Assembly (NCBI GenBank): GCA_963169195.1
Contig: CAUJDN010000061.1
Span: forward strand, 19,833-83,832
Length of the DNA: 64,000 nt
From: Acidobacteriota bacterium
GTDB lineage: Bacteria > Acidobacteriota > Vicinamibacteria > Vicinamibacterales > UBA2999
Direction of reading: 5' to 3'
Position 1 is the first letter of the stretch. Each line of letters opens with the position of its first letter. Under the pieces are notes generated by a model. It was not told the DNA's origin and did no database searches. It saw only the letters and a program-made list of their open reading frames with translations. Below are positions 30,821-39,966 of the stretch, piece after piece. Made by a program: the position numbers and the translations under genes.

Positions 30821-32527
30821 TCAACGGCGCGCGATCAGCCAGGCGGCACCACCGGCCACGGTGACGTACGGCAGAACAGCCCCGGGACCGCCAAAGAGCA
30901 GCGCGCCTATTCCCAGCAGCACGGCGTAGACCAGCGCGGTGCCCGCGATCCACTTCACGAAGAGCGGCGCAAGTGCGTCGGGCGGCGGCTCGCCGGCCAG
31001 CGCGGCGATGCGTGTCCACCCCGGTCCGCCGGGTCGGGTCAGCGTGTAGAACCTGGCGAGTTGCGCGTCCGACTCGGGCGGCGTCAGGACGGTCACCATC
31101 AGCCACCACGCCGTGGTCCACGCGACAACGATCAGCAGCGTGGCCGGGAAGGTCACGTCCATCGTGAGCTTGACGGCGGCGTATCCGACGGCGGCCGCCA
31201 CCATGGCGCTGATCTCGGACCACGCGTTCACGCGCCACCAGTACCAGCGCAGGATGAGCACGAGCCCGATGCCCGCGCCGCTCTCGAGCACGAACTCCCA
31301 CGCCTGCCGGATGCTTTCGAGATAGAACGTGACCACGGCGCTCGCCACCATCAACGCCAGCGTGGTCACCCGCGACACGAGCACGTAGTGGGGCTCGCCG
31401 CCGCCGGTCCGCACGAATCGGCGGTAGAAGTCGTTGACGATGTAGGACGTGCCCCAGTTGAGCTGCGTGGAGATCGTGGACATGTAGGCGGCGAAGAACG
31501 CACCGAGCAGCAGGCCGCGCCAGCCCTGCGGGAGGTGATCGCGAATCACCATCACGTAGCCGGCTTCCCTGTCGGCGATGGTGGGGTAGAGCACCGTCGA
31601 CACGAGGCCGACGAGAATCCAGGGCCACGGGCGCACGCAGTAGTGCGCGACGGTGAACCAGAGCGTGGCGAAGAACGCATGCCGCTCGTCCTTCGCCGAC
31701 ATCATGCGCTGCGCGATGTAGCCGCCGCCGCCGGGCTCCTGCCCCGGGTACCAGCTGGACCACCACTGCACGCCGACATAGGCGAGGAAGGCACCCAGCG
31801 GCAGGCCGGCGACGGCGCCGGCGATGTCCGTGGCCTCGAACGACGGCAGGACGCTGAGGACCTGGGGGTCGAGCGAGCGCGCGAGGCCCTCGAGTCCGCC
31901 CACCTCCGGCACGCGCAGCGCGAACCACGCCAGGGCGATGGTGCCGGTCATGGCCAGGGTGAACTGGAAGAAGTCGGCCGCGACGACGCCCCAGAGTCCC
32001 CCGACCGCGCTGTAGACGCCGGTGATGGCCAGGCTGATGAGGACCGCGGTGAGCGTGTCCCACCCGAGCGTCACCGCAAGGATCTTGGCCATGGCCAGGT
32101 TGACCCAGCCCATGACGACGCAGTTGATGAGGATTCCGAGATAGAGCGCGCGGAAACCGCGGAGCACGGCAGCCGGCCGCCCCGAGTAGCGCAGCTCCGC
32201 GAACTCGACGTCGGTGAGGATGCCCGCGCGGCGCCACAGGCGGGCGAAGAAGAAGACGGTGAGCACGCTGCCCGTCGCCGCGCTCCACCAGATCCAGTTG
32301 CCGGCAATGCCGTTCCTCGCGACGATGCCGGCCACGGCCAGCGGCGTGTCGGCGGCGAAGGTCGTCGCCACCATGGAGGTCCCCGCGAGCCACCAGGGCA
32401 GCTGCCGGCCGCCGAGGAAGAAGTCGGCGACGCTGCGGCCCCCGCGCTTCGAGAGCCACAGGCCAAGCGACGCCGAACAGACGAAGTAGGCGGCGATGAA
32501 GGCCCAGTCGAGGGGCGTGAGGATCAC
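30821..32527 (-). CDS. Sodium:solute symporter (SSF) family transporter
   Basis: GTG start at 32527 (VILTPLDWAFIAAYF..). ~13 TM segments with the typical SSF N-terminus ..DFFLGGRQLPWWLAGTSMVATTFAADTPL... The upstream part of ORF 30821..33343 runs out of frame through the next gene. Confidence 0.85.
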   Translation of the reverse strand: MILTPLDWAFIAAYFVCSASLGLWLSKRGGRSVADFFLGGRQLPWWLAGTSMVATTFAADTPLAVAGIVARNGIAGNWIWWSAATGSVLTVFFFARLWRRAGILTDVEFAELRYSGRPAAVLRGFRALYLGILINCVVMGWVNLAMAKILAVTLGWDTLTAVLISLAITGVYSAVGGLWGVVAADFFQFTLAMTGTIALAWFALRVPEVGGLEGLARSLDPQVLSVLPSFEATDIAGAVAGLPLGAFLAYVGVQWWSSWYPGQEPGGGGYIAQRMMSAKDERHAFFATLWFTVAHYCVRPWPWILVGLVSTVLYPTIADREAGYVMVIRDHLPQGWRGLLLGAFFAAYMSTISTQLNWGTSYIVNDFYRRFVRTGGGEPHYVLVSRVTTLALMVASAVVTFYLESIRQAWEFVLESGAGIGLVLILRWYWWRVNAWSEISAMVAAAVGYAAVKLTMDVTFPATLLIVVAWTTAWWLMVTVLTPPESDAQLARFYTLTRPGGPGWTRIAALAGEPPPDALAPLFVKWIAGTALVYAVLLGIGALLFGGPGAVLPYVTVAGGAAWLIARR

Positions 32528-32534
32528 GCGCGGA

Positions 32535-33584
32535 TTATACGTGCGCGAGGTCGCCGGCCACGGCGTCGTGCAGTTCGGGACGCACGCGCGCCATGGCATC
32601 GCCCGCGCGTGTGGGGTGCACGCGGTTCGAGAGCAATACGACGTAGTGGTCCTGGACCGGGTCGATCCACAGCGACGTGCCCGTGAAGCCGGTGTGCCCG
32701 AACGCACCGGGCGACATGCGCGTGCCGCAGGACGAGGTGGGCCGCATCGTGTCCCAGGCGAGCGCGCGCGAGCTGGCCGGCACGGGCCCCCGCGACACGA
32801 ACTCGCGGTAGATCGGCCTCGTCTCGTCGGCCGCGGCGCGCAACCACCAGCGGGCGCAGGCGCCGACCGCCGCGGCTGTGCCGAAGAGCCCGGCGTGCGC
32901 GGCGACGCCCCCGAGGGCGGTGGCGTTCTCGTCGTGCACCTCGCCCACGAGGACGCGCCCGCGCCATGGATCCATCTCCGTGGGCGCGATGCGCGCGCGC
33001 CAGTCGCGCGGCGGCAGGAACCGCAGCGGCAGGGCCGCGTCGATGGCCGCGGCCCGCCAGGCGTCGAACTGCGCGTCCAGCGGACGTCCTGCCGCGTGCT
33101 CGAGCGCCAGGCCCAGCAGGATGAACCCGGTGTCGGAGTAGACGCTCCGCGTGCCCGGCTCGTACTCGAGGGGCTCCGCGCAGATGGCCTCCTCGAACGC
33201 CGCGCGGCCCTCGAGCCGCTCGTAGTAGCGCCGATGCGCCGGCAGGCCCGAGGCGTGCAGCAGGAGGTGTCGCAACGTGACCGCCTGCCGGTCGGCGCCC
33301 GTCCAGCCCGGGACCCATCGGTGCACCGGATCGTCGAGGCCAATCGCCCGCCGCGTCACGAGGCTCGCGGCCACTGCCGCGGTCGCGAGCACCTTGGTGA
33401 GCGAGGCCAGGTCGTAGATCGTGTCCGGCGCGACCTCCGTGCTGCCGGGCTCGTATGACAGGCAGCCGGTCGGGAGGCACGTGAGGGCTCGCTCCCTGGT
33501 CCCCACCTCCAGGACGGCGCCCGGGAACACGCGTGCCTCGACGGCCGATGCGAGCACGCGCCGGGACCACTCGAAGGTGCTCAC
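32535..33584 (-). CDS. Serine hydrolase of the beta-lactamase / PBP (class C-like) fold
   Basis: The GTG at 33584 overlaps the upstream symporter stop (GTGA). Active-site S-x-x-K (..YDLASLTKVLAT..), ..YSDTGF.. and ..HTGFTGT.. motifs. Confidence 0.85.
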   Translation of the reverse strand: MSTFEWSRRVLASAVEARVFPGAVLEVGTRERALTCLPTGCLSYEPGSTEVAPDTIYDLASLTKVLATAAVAASLVTRRAIGLDDPVHRWVPGWTGADRQAVTLRHLLLHASGLPAHRRYYERLEGRAAFEEAICAEPLEYEPGTRSVYSDTGFILLGLALEHAAGRPLDAQFDAWRAAAIDAALPLRFLPPRDWRARIAPTEMDPWRGRVLVGEVHDENATALGGVAAHAGLFGTAAAVGACARWWLRAAADETRPIYREFVSRGPVPASSRALAWDTMRPTSSCGTRMSPGAFGHTGFTGTSLWIDPVQDHYVVLLSNRVHPTRAGDAMARVRPELHDAVAGDLAHV

Positions 33585-35026
33585 GGCGCCGGTGCCCCGG
33601 CCGCGGCCGGCCTCGCCCGGGCGGACGCCCAGGCCACTCCCACCGTGGTGACGGCGCCGATCAGCACGTACCACGTCCACGCGATGGGGGTGCCCCACCA
33701 GACGAGGGCCATCACCAGCAGGCCCGCGATCATGCCGCGGAACACGTCGCGCTCCGAGGTGGACGGCGCCAGCGTCCCGAGCAGGAACGCGCCGAGCACC
33801 GCGCCCGATCCCAGTGAGAGCACCGACAGGCCTGCGTCGAGGACGGACCGCGCCATGAACTGGGCGCCCAGCGCCACGAGGAGCTGCACGAGGCCCCAGG
33901 CCACGGTGGCCTGCTTCGATACCCGCAGGCGCTGCGTGTCGTCCGCCGACGGGTCCACGTACGGCAGGTAGAAATCGTTGATGGTGGTGGCCGCCATGGC
34001 GTTCAGGGACGGCGACAGCGCGGCCGCCACGATGGCGGCCACGATGAACCCGGCCACGCCCGACGGCAGGGTGTGGATCACGAAGACCGGCAGGATCTCG
34101 TCGGTGCGCACGAGGGGCTGCGGCAGGGGGGCCTGCCGGTAGTACGCGTAGAGCATCGCGCCGATCAGCAGGAACAGAATGAACTGCGCGAACACGATGA
34201 AGCCGCTCAGCACGAGGCCCCGCGAGGCCTCGGCGGCACTCCGCGCCGACAGCAGGCGCTGCACGAGGAACTGGTCCGTCCCGTGCGTGGAGAGGGTGAG
34301 CGCGATGCCCCCCAGGACTCCGGCCCAGAGCGTGTACACGCGGCCCGGGTCCAGCGACAGATCGAGGACGGTGAAGCGCCCGGCCTCCCGTCCCACCCGC
34401 GCGACCGTGTCCCACCCCCCGTCGATGGCGCCCAGCAGCGACCAGGCGATGATCCCCGCCCCCGCCACGTAGACGAACATCTGGACCACGTCCGTCCAGA
34501 TGACGGCTGACACGCCGCCGCGCATCGTGTAGACGATCATCGCCGCGCCCAGCACGATGACCACCGCGATCACCGGCACCTGGGTCACCACCGCGATCAC
34601 CAGCGCCGTGGTGAAGAGCCGGATGCCGTCGGCGAGCGAGCGCGTGATGAGAAAGATGACCGCCGAGAGTGTCTTCACCCGCGGCCCATAGCGCCGCTGC
34701 AGCAGCTCGTACGACGTGAAGAGCTCGCCCCGGAAGTACGCCGGAACGAACAGGGCGCTCACGATGATGCGCCCGATCACGTAGCCGGCGGCCAGCTGCA
34801 GGAACGTCATGTTTCCCGCGTACGCCGTGGCCGGGATGCCAATGAAGGTGAGCGTGCTCGTCTCGGTGGCCACGATGGTGAAGCAGATGGCCCACCAGGG
34901 CACGCTGCGGTCCGTGAGGAAGTAGTCGCGCGTGGTGTGCTGGAACCGGGCGAACCACGATCCGAAGGCGGTGATCGCGACGAGGTAGGCGCCGATGACC
35001 GCGTAGTCGAGGGGGGAGAGCGACAT
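33581..35026 (-). CDS. Sodium:solute symporter (SSF) family transporter, second copy
   Basis: ATG at 35026 (MSLSPLDYAVIGAYLV..), then ..DYFLTDRSVPWWAICFTIVATETSTLTFIGIPA... Multi-TM. Confidence 0.85.
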   Translation of the reverse strand: MSLSPLDYAVIGAYLVAITAFGSWFARFQHTTRDYFLTDRSVPWWAICFTIVATETSTLTFIGIPATAYAGNMTFLQLAAGYVIGRIIVSALFVPAYFRGELFTSYELLQRRYGPRVKTLSAVIFLITRSLADGIRLFTTALVIAVVTQVPVIAVVIVLGAAMIVYTMRGGVSAVIWTDVVQMFVYVAGAGIIAWSLLGAIDGGWDTVARVGREAGRFTVLDLSLDPGRVYTLWAGVLGGIALTLSTHGTDQFLVQRLLSARSAAEASRGLVLSGFIVFAQFILFLLIGAMLYAYYRQAPLPQPLVRTDEILPVFVIHTLPSGVAGFIVAAIVAAALSPSLNAMAATTINDFYLPYVDPSADDTQRLRVSKQATVAWGLVQLLVALGAQFMARSVLDAGLSVLSLGSGAVLGAFLLGTLAPSTSERDVFRGMIAGLLVMALVWWGTPIAWTWYVLIGAVTTVGVAWASARARPAAAGAPAP

Positions 35027-35043
35027 CACCCGCCCCGTCCGTC

Positions 35044-36327
35044 TCAGCGCGATCCGTCGCCGAACGCGGCGCGGCCGAGCGCGGTCAGGGTGGAGGCGGT
35101 GTTGGGCGGTGCCACCAGCGCGTCGTACGAGAACAGGATGACGCCCGAGGTGCCCAGCCGGCGCGAGGCCGTGATGAACCGCAGCGTCTCGGCGGATGAG
35201 AGGCGATAGGCGCCGATGCCGGCCCAGACCGGCCGGCCCGACGCGAACGCGCTGGCCAGGCTCACCTGGTGCTCGAACAGGCCCGGCTCGGGCGTGTAGG
35301 CCATCGGGCACAGGACGTCGATGAGCGCCTGGTCCAGCCACGTCCGCCAGTCCTGGAGCCGCACGTCGTAGGCTTCCTGCGCATCGGGGATGACCGCCGC
35401 GCTCAGGACGGTCGACGGGCGGGCCGCTTTGACTGCGGTCCGCACGCGCATGACCAGGGCGGTGAGTCGCGATCGGCGGAAGGCGTTCCAGCGCTGCGGA
35501 TAGAGGTTGGGATACGCCAGCGGATCGAGGCGCTCGCGGGCATCGGCCGTGCGGCGCTCATCGGCAGACATGTCGGGGTGCAGCGCCCGCTTGAACTCCT
35601 GCAGCGCCGACGGGCTGAAGTCGTACTCCGCGCCCGGATAGCGCACGTAGTCGAGGTGCACGCCGTCCAGCGCGTAGCGCTCGACCAGCTCGGTCACGAC
35701 GGCCGTCACATGGGCCGCGGCCGCCGGCACCAGAGGTGACGCATAGAGCCCTTCGACCTCGTCGCTCCGCGCACGCGTCCAGCGCGCCAGGCGGCCGAGG
35801 TACTCGGGGCTGCGGGTGTCCACGCGGCGCAGCTCGGCGGCCAGGTCCCGGGGCACCATCAGCCACTCCGGGTTCTTGTAGACGATGTGCTCCCGGGAGG
35901 CCGGCAGCGTGGCCGCGCTCGAGACCAGGTTCACGGCCACCCAGGCATGTACCTGGATGCCCGCCGCGCGCGCCTCCTCGATCGTCCGGGCCAGGGGATC
36001 GAAATCCGGCCGGCCCGAGAGCTCCGCGGCGCGGGGCTCGAGGCTGCTCTCGTAGTAGGCGTCGCCACGGCCGCGCACCTGCACGACCAGCGCGTTGAAG
36101 CCGGCGGCCCGGGCCGAGCTGACCATCCGGGTCACGGCGTCGGGAGAGCTGAGGGTCGCCCGCGTGACCCACAGCGCCCGCACGTCGTCGGCCGGCGTGT
36201 CGGGGGCCGAGGCGCGAGGGGCCATGGTGGCGATGGCCATGGCGGCCAGGGCGCAGGCAAGCGCGCGGCCGACGCGGGCTGGGAAGCGGAGCGCAATCAC
36301 GGGCAACACCGCAATGTAGCCCGGCAC
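35044..36327 (-). CDS. Glycoside-hydrolase-like family 10 (GHL10/DUF187, YngK-like) secreted protein
   Basis: Signal-like N-terminus. ..RALWVTRATL..GFNALVVQVRGRGDAYY..IQVHAWV..GVHLDYVRYP.. is the TIM-barrel pattern of the DUF187 family. Confidence 0.72.
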   Translation of the reverse strand: MPGYIAVLPVIALRFPARVGRALACALAAMAIATMAPRASAPDTPADDVRALWVTRATLSSPDAVTRMVSSARAAGFNALVVQVRGRGDAYYESSLEPRAAELSGRPDFDPLARTIEEARAAGIQVHAWVAVNLVSSAATLPASREHIVYKNPEWLMVPRDLAAELRRVDTRSPEYLGRLARWTRARSDEVEGLYASPLVPAAAAHVTAVVTELVERYALDGVHLDYVRYPGAEYDFSPSALQEFKRALHPDMSADERRTADARERLDPLAYPNLYPQRWNAFRRSRLTALVMRVRTAVKAARPSTVLSAAVIPDAQEAYDVRLQDWRTWLDQALIDVLCPMAYTPEPGLFEHQVSLASAFASGRPVWAGIGAYRLSSAETLRFITASRRLGTSGVILFSYDALVAPPNTASTLTALGRAAFGDGSR

Positions 36328-36386
36328 CGGTCATCCGTCAACGCGTAGTCACGCGAAGCCCCGCCGCGGCGTCGTAAGCTAGGACG

Positions 36387-37343
36387 ATGCTCGTGCTGGG
36401 GATCGACGCGGGGGGCAGCAAGACCGTGGCGCTGCTGGCGACGCCCGAGGGCCGGGTCGTGGCGGAGGCACGTGCCGGCGGTGCCAACCTCCGTACCCAC
36501 GGGGAGCTCGTCGTCGAGAAGACGCTGCACGACGTCATCGACCAGGTGCTCGATGGGCAGGGCCTGCGGCCCTCGGCCGTCTGCCTCGGTATCGCCGGCG
36601 TGGATCGGGGTGACGACGGGGCCACGATTCGCGGCGTGATGCGCCGACTTGGCTTCCGCGAGCGGACACTCATCGTCAACGACGCGCTCATCGCGCTCGT
36701 CGCCGGGGCCGGCCAGCCGACCGGCGTCGTCCTCGTGGCTGGAACCGGGTCGATTGCCTACGGCGTGAACCAGAACGGCGTGGCGACGCGGTCGGGGGGA
36801 TGGGGACCGGTCCTGGCGGATGAGGGTTCCGGCTACTGGATTGGCCGGCGGGCGCTGGTCGCCATCATGCGCCATGCCGACGGCCGAGGACCCCGCACGG
36901 CGTTGACGCCCATGATCCTCGAGGCCCTGGGGCTCTCGCGGCCCGACGATCTCGTCCACGAAGTGTACGAGGGAGCCGAACGTCGCCCGCTGGTGGCGAC
37001 CCTCGGGCCGCTGGTCGAAACGGCTCGCGCGGCCGGGGACGCGGTGGCGGCGGAGATCCTTCGCGAAGCCGCCGCGGAGCTGGTCCAGGCCGCCGGCTCG
37101 GTCATTACCCGCCTCGGGATGCGAGGCGACGTGTTCCAGATCTTTCTTTCCGGCGGGATGTTCAGATCCATCCCCTGGCTCGGACGCGAGGTGGCCGGGC
37201 GCCTCCGCGACGTGGCGCCGCGCGCCACGACATCCCTGCTCGCGGCCGAGCCGGCCACGGGTGCCGTGACGCTCGCGCTGGCCGAGGCGTCGGGCGGCGC
37301 GCGGGTGCCAGCCTATCTCGCCGACACCACTCCCGAATCGTGA
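36387..37343 (+). CDS. BadF/BadG/BcrA/BcrD-type ATPase, N-acetylglucosamine / MurNAc kinase-like
   Basis: MLVLGIDAGGSKTVALL.., ..VLVAGTGSIAYG.. and ..GWGPVLADEGSGYWIG.. are typical of eukaryotic-type GlcNAc kinases (MurK/NagK-like). Confidence 0.8.
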   Translation: MLVLGIDAGGSKTVALLATPEGRVVAEARAGGANLRTHGELVVEKTLHDVIDQVLDGQGLRPSAVCLGIAGVDRGDDGATIRGVMRRLGFRERTLIVNDALIALVAGAGQPTGVVLVAGTGSIAYGVNQNGVATRSGGWGPVLADEGSGYWIGRRALVAIMRHADGRGPRTALTPMILEALGLSRPDDLVHEVYEGAERRPLVATLGPLVETARAAGDAVAAEILREAAAELVQAAGSVITRLGMRGDVFQIFLSGGMFRSIPWLGREVAGRLRDVAPRATTSLLAAEPATGAVTLALAEASGGARVPAYLADTTPES

Positions 37344-38065
37344 ACATCGAGCGCTTCCCGGACGGGCGGACCCTGTCCCGCGAGCTCGCCGCTCGCATCC
37401 TTGCCGCCATCGGCCGACAGCCCCGGCTCGTGCTGGGCCTGCCGACGGGTCGCACGCCGCTCCCGCTCTACGCGGCGCTGCGCGAGCAGACGCCGGCGTC
37501 CGGCACGGACTGGTCGGCGGTCCGCACGTTCAACCTGGACGAGTTCGTCGGCCTGGGCGCCGCCGATCCGTGCAGCTATCGGGCGTACATGGAACGCGAG
37601 CTGTTTGCCGCCGTGGGCGTGAAGGCCGCGCACGTCGGGTTCCTCGATGGCCGCGCCGCGAATCCCGACCGCGAATGCGAGCGCTACGAGGAGGCCATTG
37701 CCGCCGCGGGCGGCATCGACCTGATGATCCTGGGGGTCGGCACCAACGGCCACATCGGCTTCAATGAGCCGGCCCCGGCCCTCTGCGCGCGCACGCATCG
37801 GGCGCGGCTGCAGCCGGGCACTCGCGCGGCCAACGCCGCGCTGTTTGGCGGCGATGTCTCGCAGGTGCCCGAGGAGGCACTGTCGATGGGCATGGCCACC
37901 ATCCTGCAGGCCCGATCCGTGATCCTGATGGCCACGGGAGCCGGGAAGGCCGCCGCCGTGGACGCCATGGTCCGCGGGCCCATCACGACCCGGGTGCCGG
38001 CGTCGTTCCTGCAGCTGCACGCGGATGTGACGGTGATGGCGGACCTGGCGGCTAGCCCTCGATGA
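37340..38065 (+). CDS. nagB: Glucosamine-6-phosphate deaminase
   Basis: The GTG overlaps the kinase stop. ..LGLPTGRTPLPLY.., ..FNLDEF.. and signature ..GVGTNGHIGFNEP... Confidence 0.9.
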   Translation: MNIERFPDGRTLSRELAARILAAIGRQPRLVLGLPTGRTPLPLYAALREQTPASGTDWSAVRTFNLDEFVGLGAADPCSYRAYMERELFAAVGVKAAHVGFLDGRAANPDRECERYEEAIAAAGGIDLMILGVGTNGHIGFNEPAPALCARTHRARLQPGTRAANAALFGGDVSQVPEEALSMGMATILQARSVILMATGAGKAAAVDAMVRGPITTRVPASFLQLHADVTVMADLAASPR

Positions 38066-38993
38066 GCGCGCGCAGGCGCGGCTCGATGTCCTCGCCGATG
38101 GCCTCGCGCACCAGGTCGTTCGAACGCCGCAGCCGCGCGAGCGCCCGGGCGTAGGGCAGCCCGGTCTTCTGCATCACGATGGCGGCCTTCACGTTCCAGT
38201 GGGCCTTCTTCAGCAGCTTCTCCGCCTCGGCGGCGTCGAGGTCGGCGACGATGTGCAGGATGCGCCGCGCGCGATCGCGCAGCTTCTCGGAGCCCATCTG
38301 CACGTCCACCATCAGGTTGCCGTAGGTCTTGCCGACCAGGATCATCGCGGCCGTGGTGAGCATGTTCAGCACGAGCTTGGTGGCCGTGCCGGCCTTGAGC
38401 CGCGTGGATCCGGCGATGACCTCCGGGCCGACGGCGGGCGCGATGGTGAGATCCACGAAGGTCTGCAGCTCCGTGCGCGGGTCGCAGGTGACGAAGAGGA
38501 CGCGCGACCCTGCCTTGCGCCCGCACGTGAGCGCGCCGCGCACGAACGGCGTCATGCCGCTGGCCGAGACACCGACGATGACGTCCTTCTTCGTCGGCGA
38601 CAGCCGGTTCACCGCCCGCGCCCCCTCCTCGTAGTTGTCTTCGGCGCCTTCCTTCGCGCGGAAGATGGCGCCCTTGCCGCCGGCCATGATGGCCTGTACC
38701 AGCAGGGGATCCGTGCCGAAGGTCGGCGGCATCTCAGCCGACTCGAGGACGCCGAGCCGGCCGCTCGTGCCCGCGCCGACGAAGACGACGCGCCCGCCCC
38801 TTCGCAGGGATTTCGCGATGAGATCCGCGCCGACCGCGATGCGATCCCGCTCCTTCTGGACCGCGGCCAGGGCCTTCCGGTCCTCCGCCAGCATCAGATC
38901 GACAATGGCCGCTGCCGGCAGCTTGTCGATGTTGAGAGAGGCGGGGTTAATCGCTTCGGTCGGGAGGGACTGCCACTTGGAACGTATGGGCAT
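38052..38993 (-). CDS. murQ: N-acetylmuramic acid 6-phosphate etherase
   Basis: 313 aa. SIS domain ..VFVGAGTSGRLGVLESAEMPPTFG.. and ..GSTRLKAGTATKLVLNMLTT... Its 3' end overlaps the nagB 3' end by 14 nt (convergent). Confidence 0.92.
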   Translation of the reverse strand: MPIRSKWQSLPTEAINPASLNIDKLPAAAIVDLMLAEDRKALAAVQKERDRIAVGADLIAKSLRRGGRVVFVGAGTSGRLGVLESAEMPPTFGTDPLLVQAIMAGGKGAIFRAKEGAEDNYEEGARAVNRLSPTKKDVIVGVSASGMTPFVRGALTCGRKAGSRVLFVTCDPRTELQTFVDLTIAPAVGPEVIAGSTRLKAGTATKLVLNMLTTAAMILVGKTYGNLMVDVQMGSEKLRDRARRILHIVADLDAAEAEKLLKKAHWNVKAAIVMQKTGLPYARALARLRRSNDLVREAIGEDIEPRLRALIEG

Positions 38994-39075
38994 CGCGCAC
39001 GTGCTTTCGACAAAACCTTGATGCTAGTCGCGCCGCCGCGGGCTGTCAATCACGCTTGAGCTAATCTGGGCACCC

Positions 39076-39966
39076 ATGGATGACGCGCGAGTCGATGCCT
39101 TCCTGGCGCACCTGGCCGCCGAGCGCCGCCTGTCGGCGCACACGGTGGAGGCGTACGGCCACGACCTGCAGATGCTGGGCACCTTCGCCGCGGGTCGCGG
39201 GCGCAGGCCCTCGGCGCTCGGCCGGGCCGACGTGGAGGCCTTCATCCGCCAGCTCATGGCCGAAGGCCGGGCGCCACGCTCGGTGGCGCGCGTCGTGGCG
39301 ACGGTCCGCGCGTTCTATCGCTATCTCGTCGTGAGCGGTCAGCTGTCGGCCAGCCCGGCCGTCGATGTGCGCGCCCCACGCGCCATTCGCGTCCTGCCGA
39401 CGTTCCTGACCGGGGACGAAGTCGAGGCGCTCCTGCGGGCGCCGGACGTGACCACGCCCAGGGGGACGCGCGACCGCGCCATGATCGAACTCCTGTACGC
39501 GACCGGCCTGCGCGTCTCGGAACTCGTCGGCCTGAGGCCGGCGGACGTGAACCTGGAGGAGGGCTTCCTGACCACGGTGGGGAAGGGCCGGAAGGAGCGG
39601 ATCGTCCCGATTGGCGACGAGGCCGCGCTGTGGGTACGCCGCTATCTGGACCAGGCGCGCCCGGTGCTCGTGGGCCGCCGGTCGTCCTCGCGGTTGTTCG
39701 TGAACGCGCGGGGCGGGACCGCGATCAGCCGCATCGGGTTCTGGAAGGTGCTGCGCGGGTACAGCGCCCGGATCGGGCTCGCGCGGCGGCTCAGCCCGCA
39801 CGTCCTGCGACACTCCTTCGCCACCCACCTGCTCGAGCGCGGCGCCGACCTGCGAGCCATCCAGGTGATGCTGGGCCACGCCGATCTGTCCACCACGCAG
39901 ATTTACACCCACATCCTCGATGCCCGCCTTCGCACGCTGTATGATCGGTACCACCCGCGCCGGTGA
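39076..39966 (+). CDS. xerD: Site-specific tyrosine recombinase XerD/XerC
   Basis: 296 aa. N-terminal SAM-like core-binding domain. Catalytic motifs ..ATGLRVSEL.., ..HVLRHSFATHLL.. and ..LGHADLSTTQIYTH... Confidence 0.88.
   Translation: MDDARVDAFLAHLAAERRLSAHTVEAYGHDLQMLGTFAAGRGRRPSALGRADVEAFIRQLMAEGRAPRSVARVVATVRAFYRYLVVSGQLSASPAVDVRAPRAIRVLPTFLTGDEVEALLRAPDVTTPRGTRDRAMIELLYATGLRVSELVGLRPADVNLEEGFLTTVGKGRKERIVPIGDEAALWVRRYLDQARPVLVGRRSSSRLFVNARGGTAISRIGFWKVLRGYSARIGLARRLSPHVLRHSFATHLLERGADLRAIQVMLGHADLSTTQIYTHILDARLRTLYDRYHPRR

Noticed and set aside
30821-34958. Fused-looking ORFs 30821..33343 (840 aa) and 32535..34958 (807 aa).
   Set aside because: Each is a genuine gene plus an out-of-frame run through the upstream neighbour. 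The internal starts (GTG 32527, GTG 33584) give full-length SSF and serine-hydrolase proteins.
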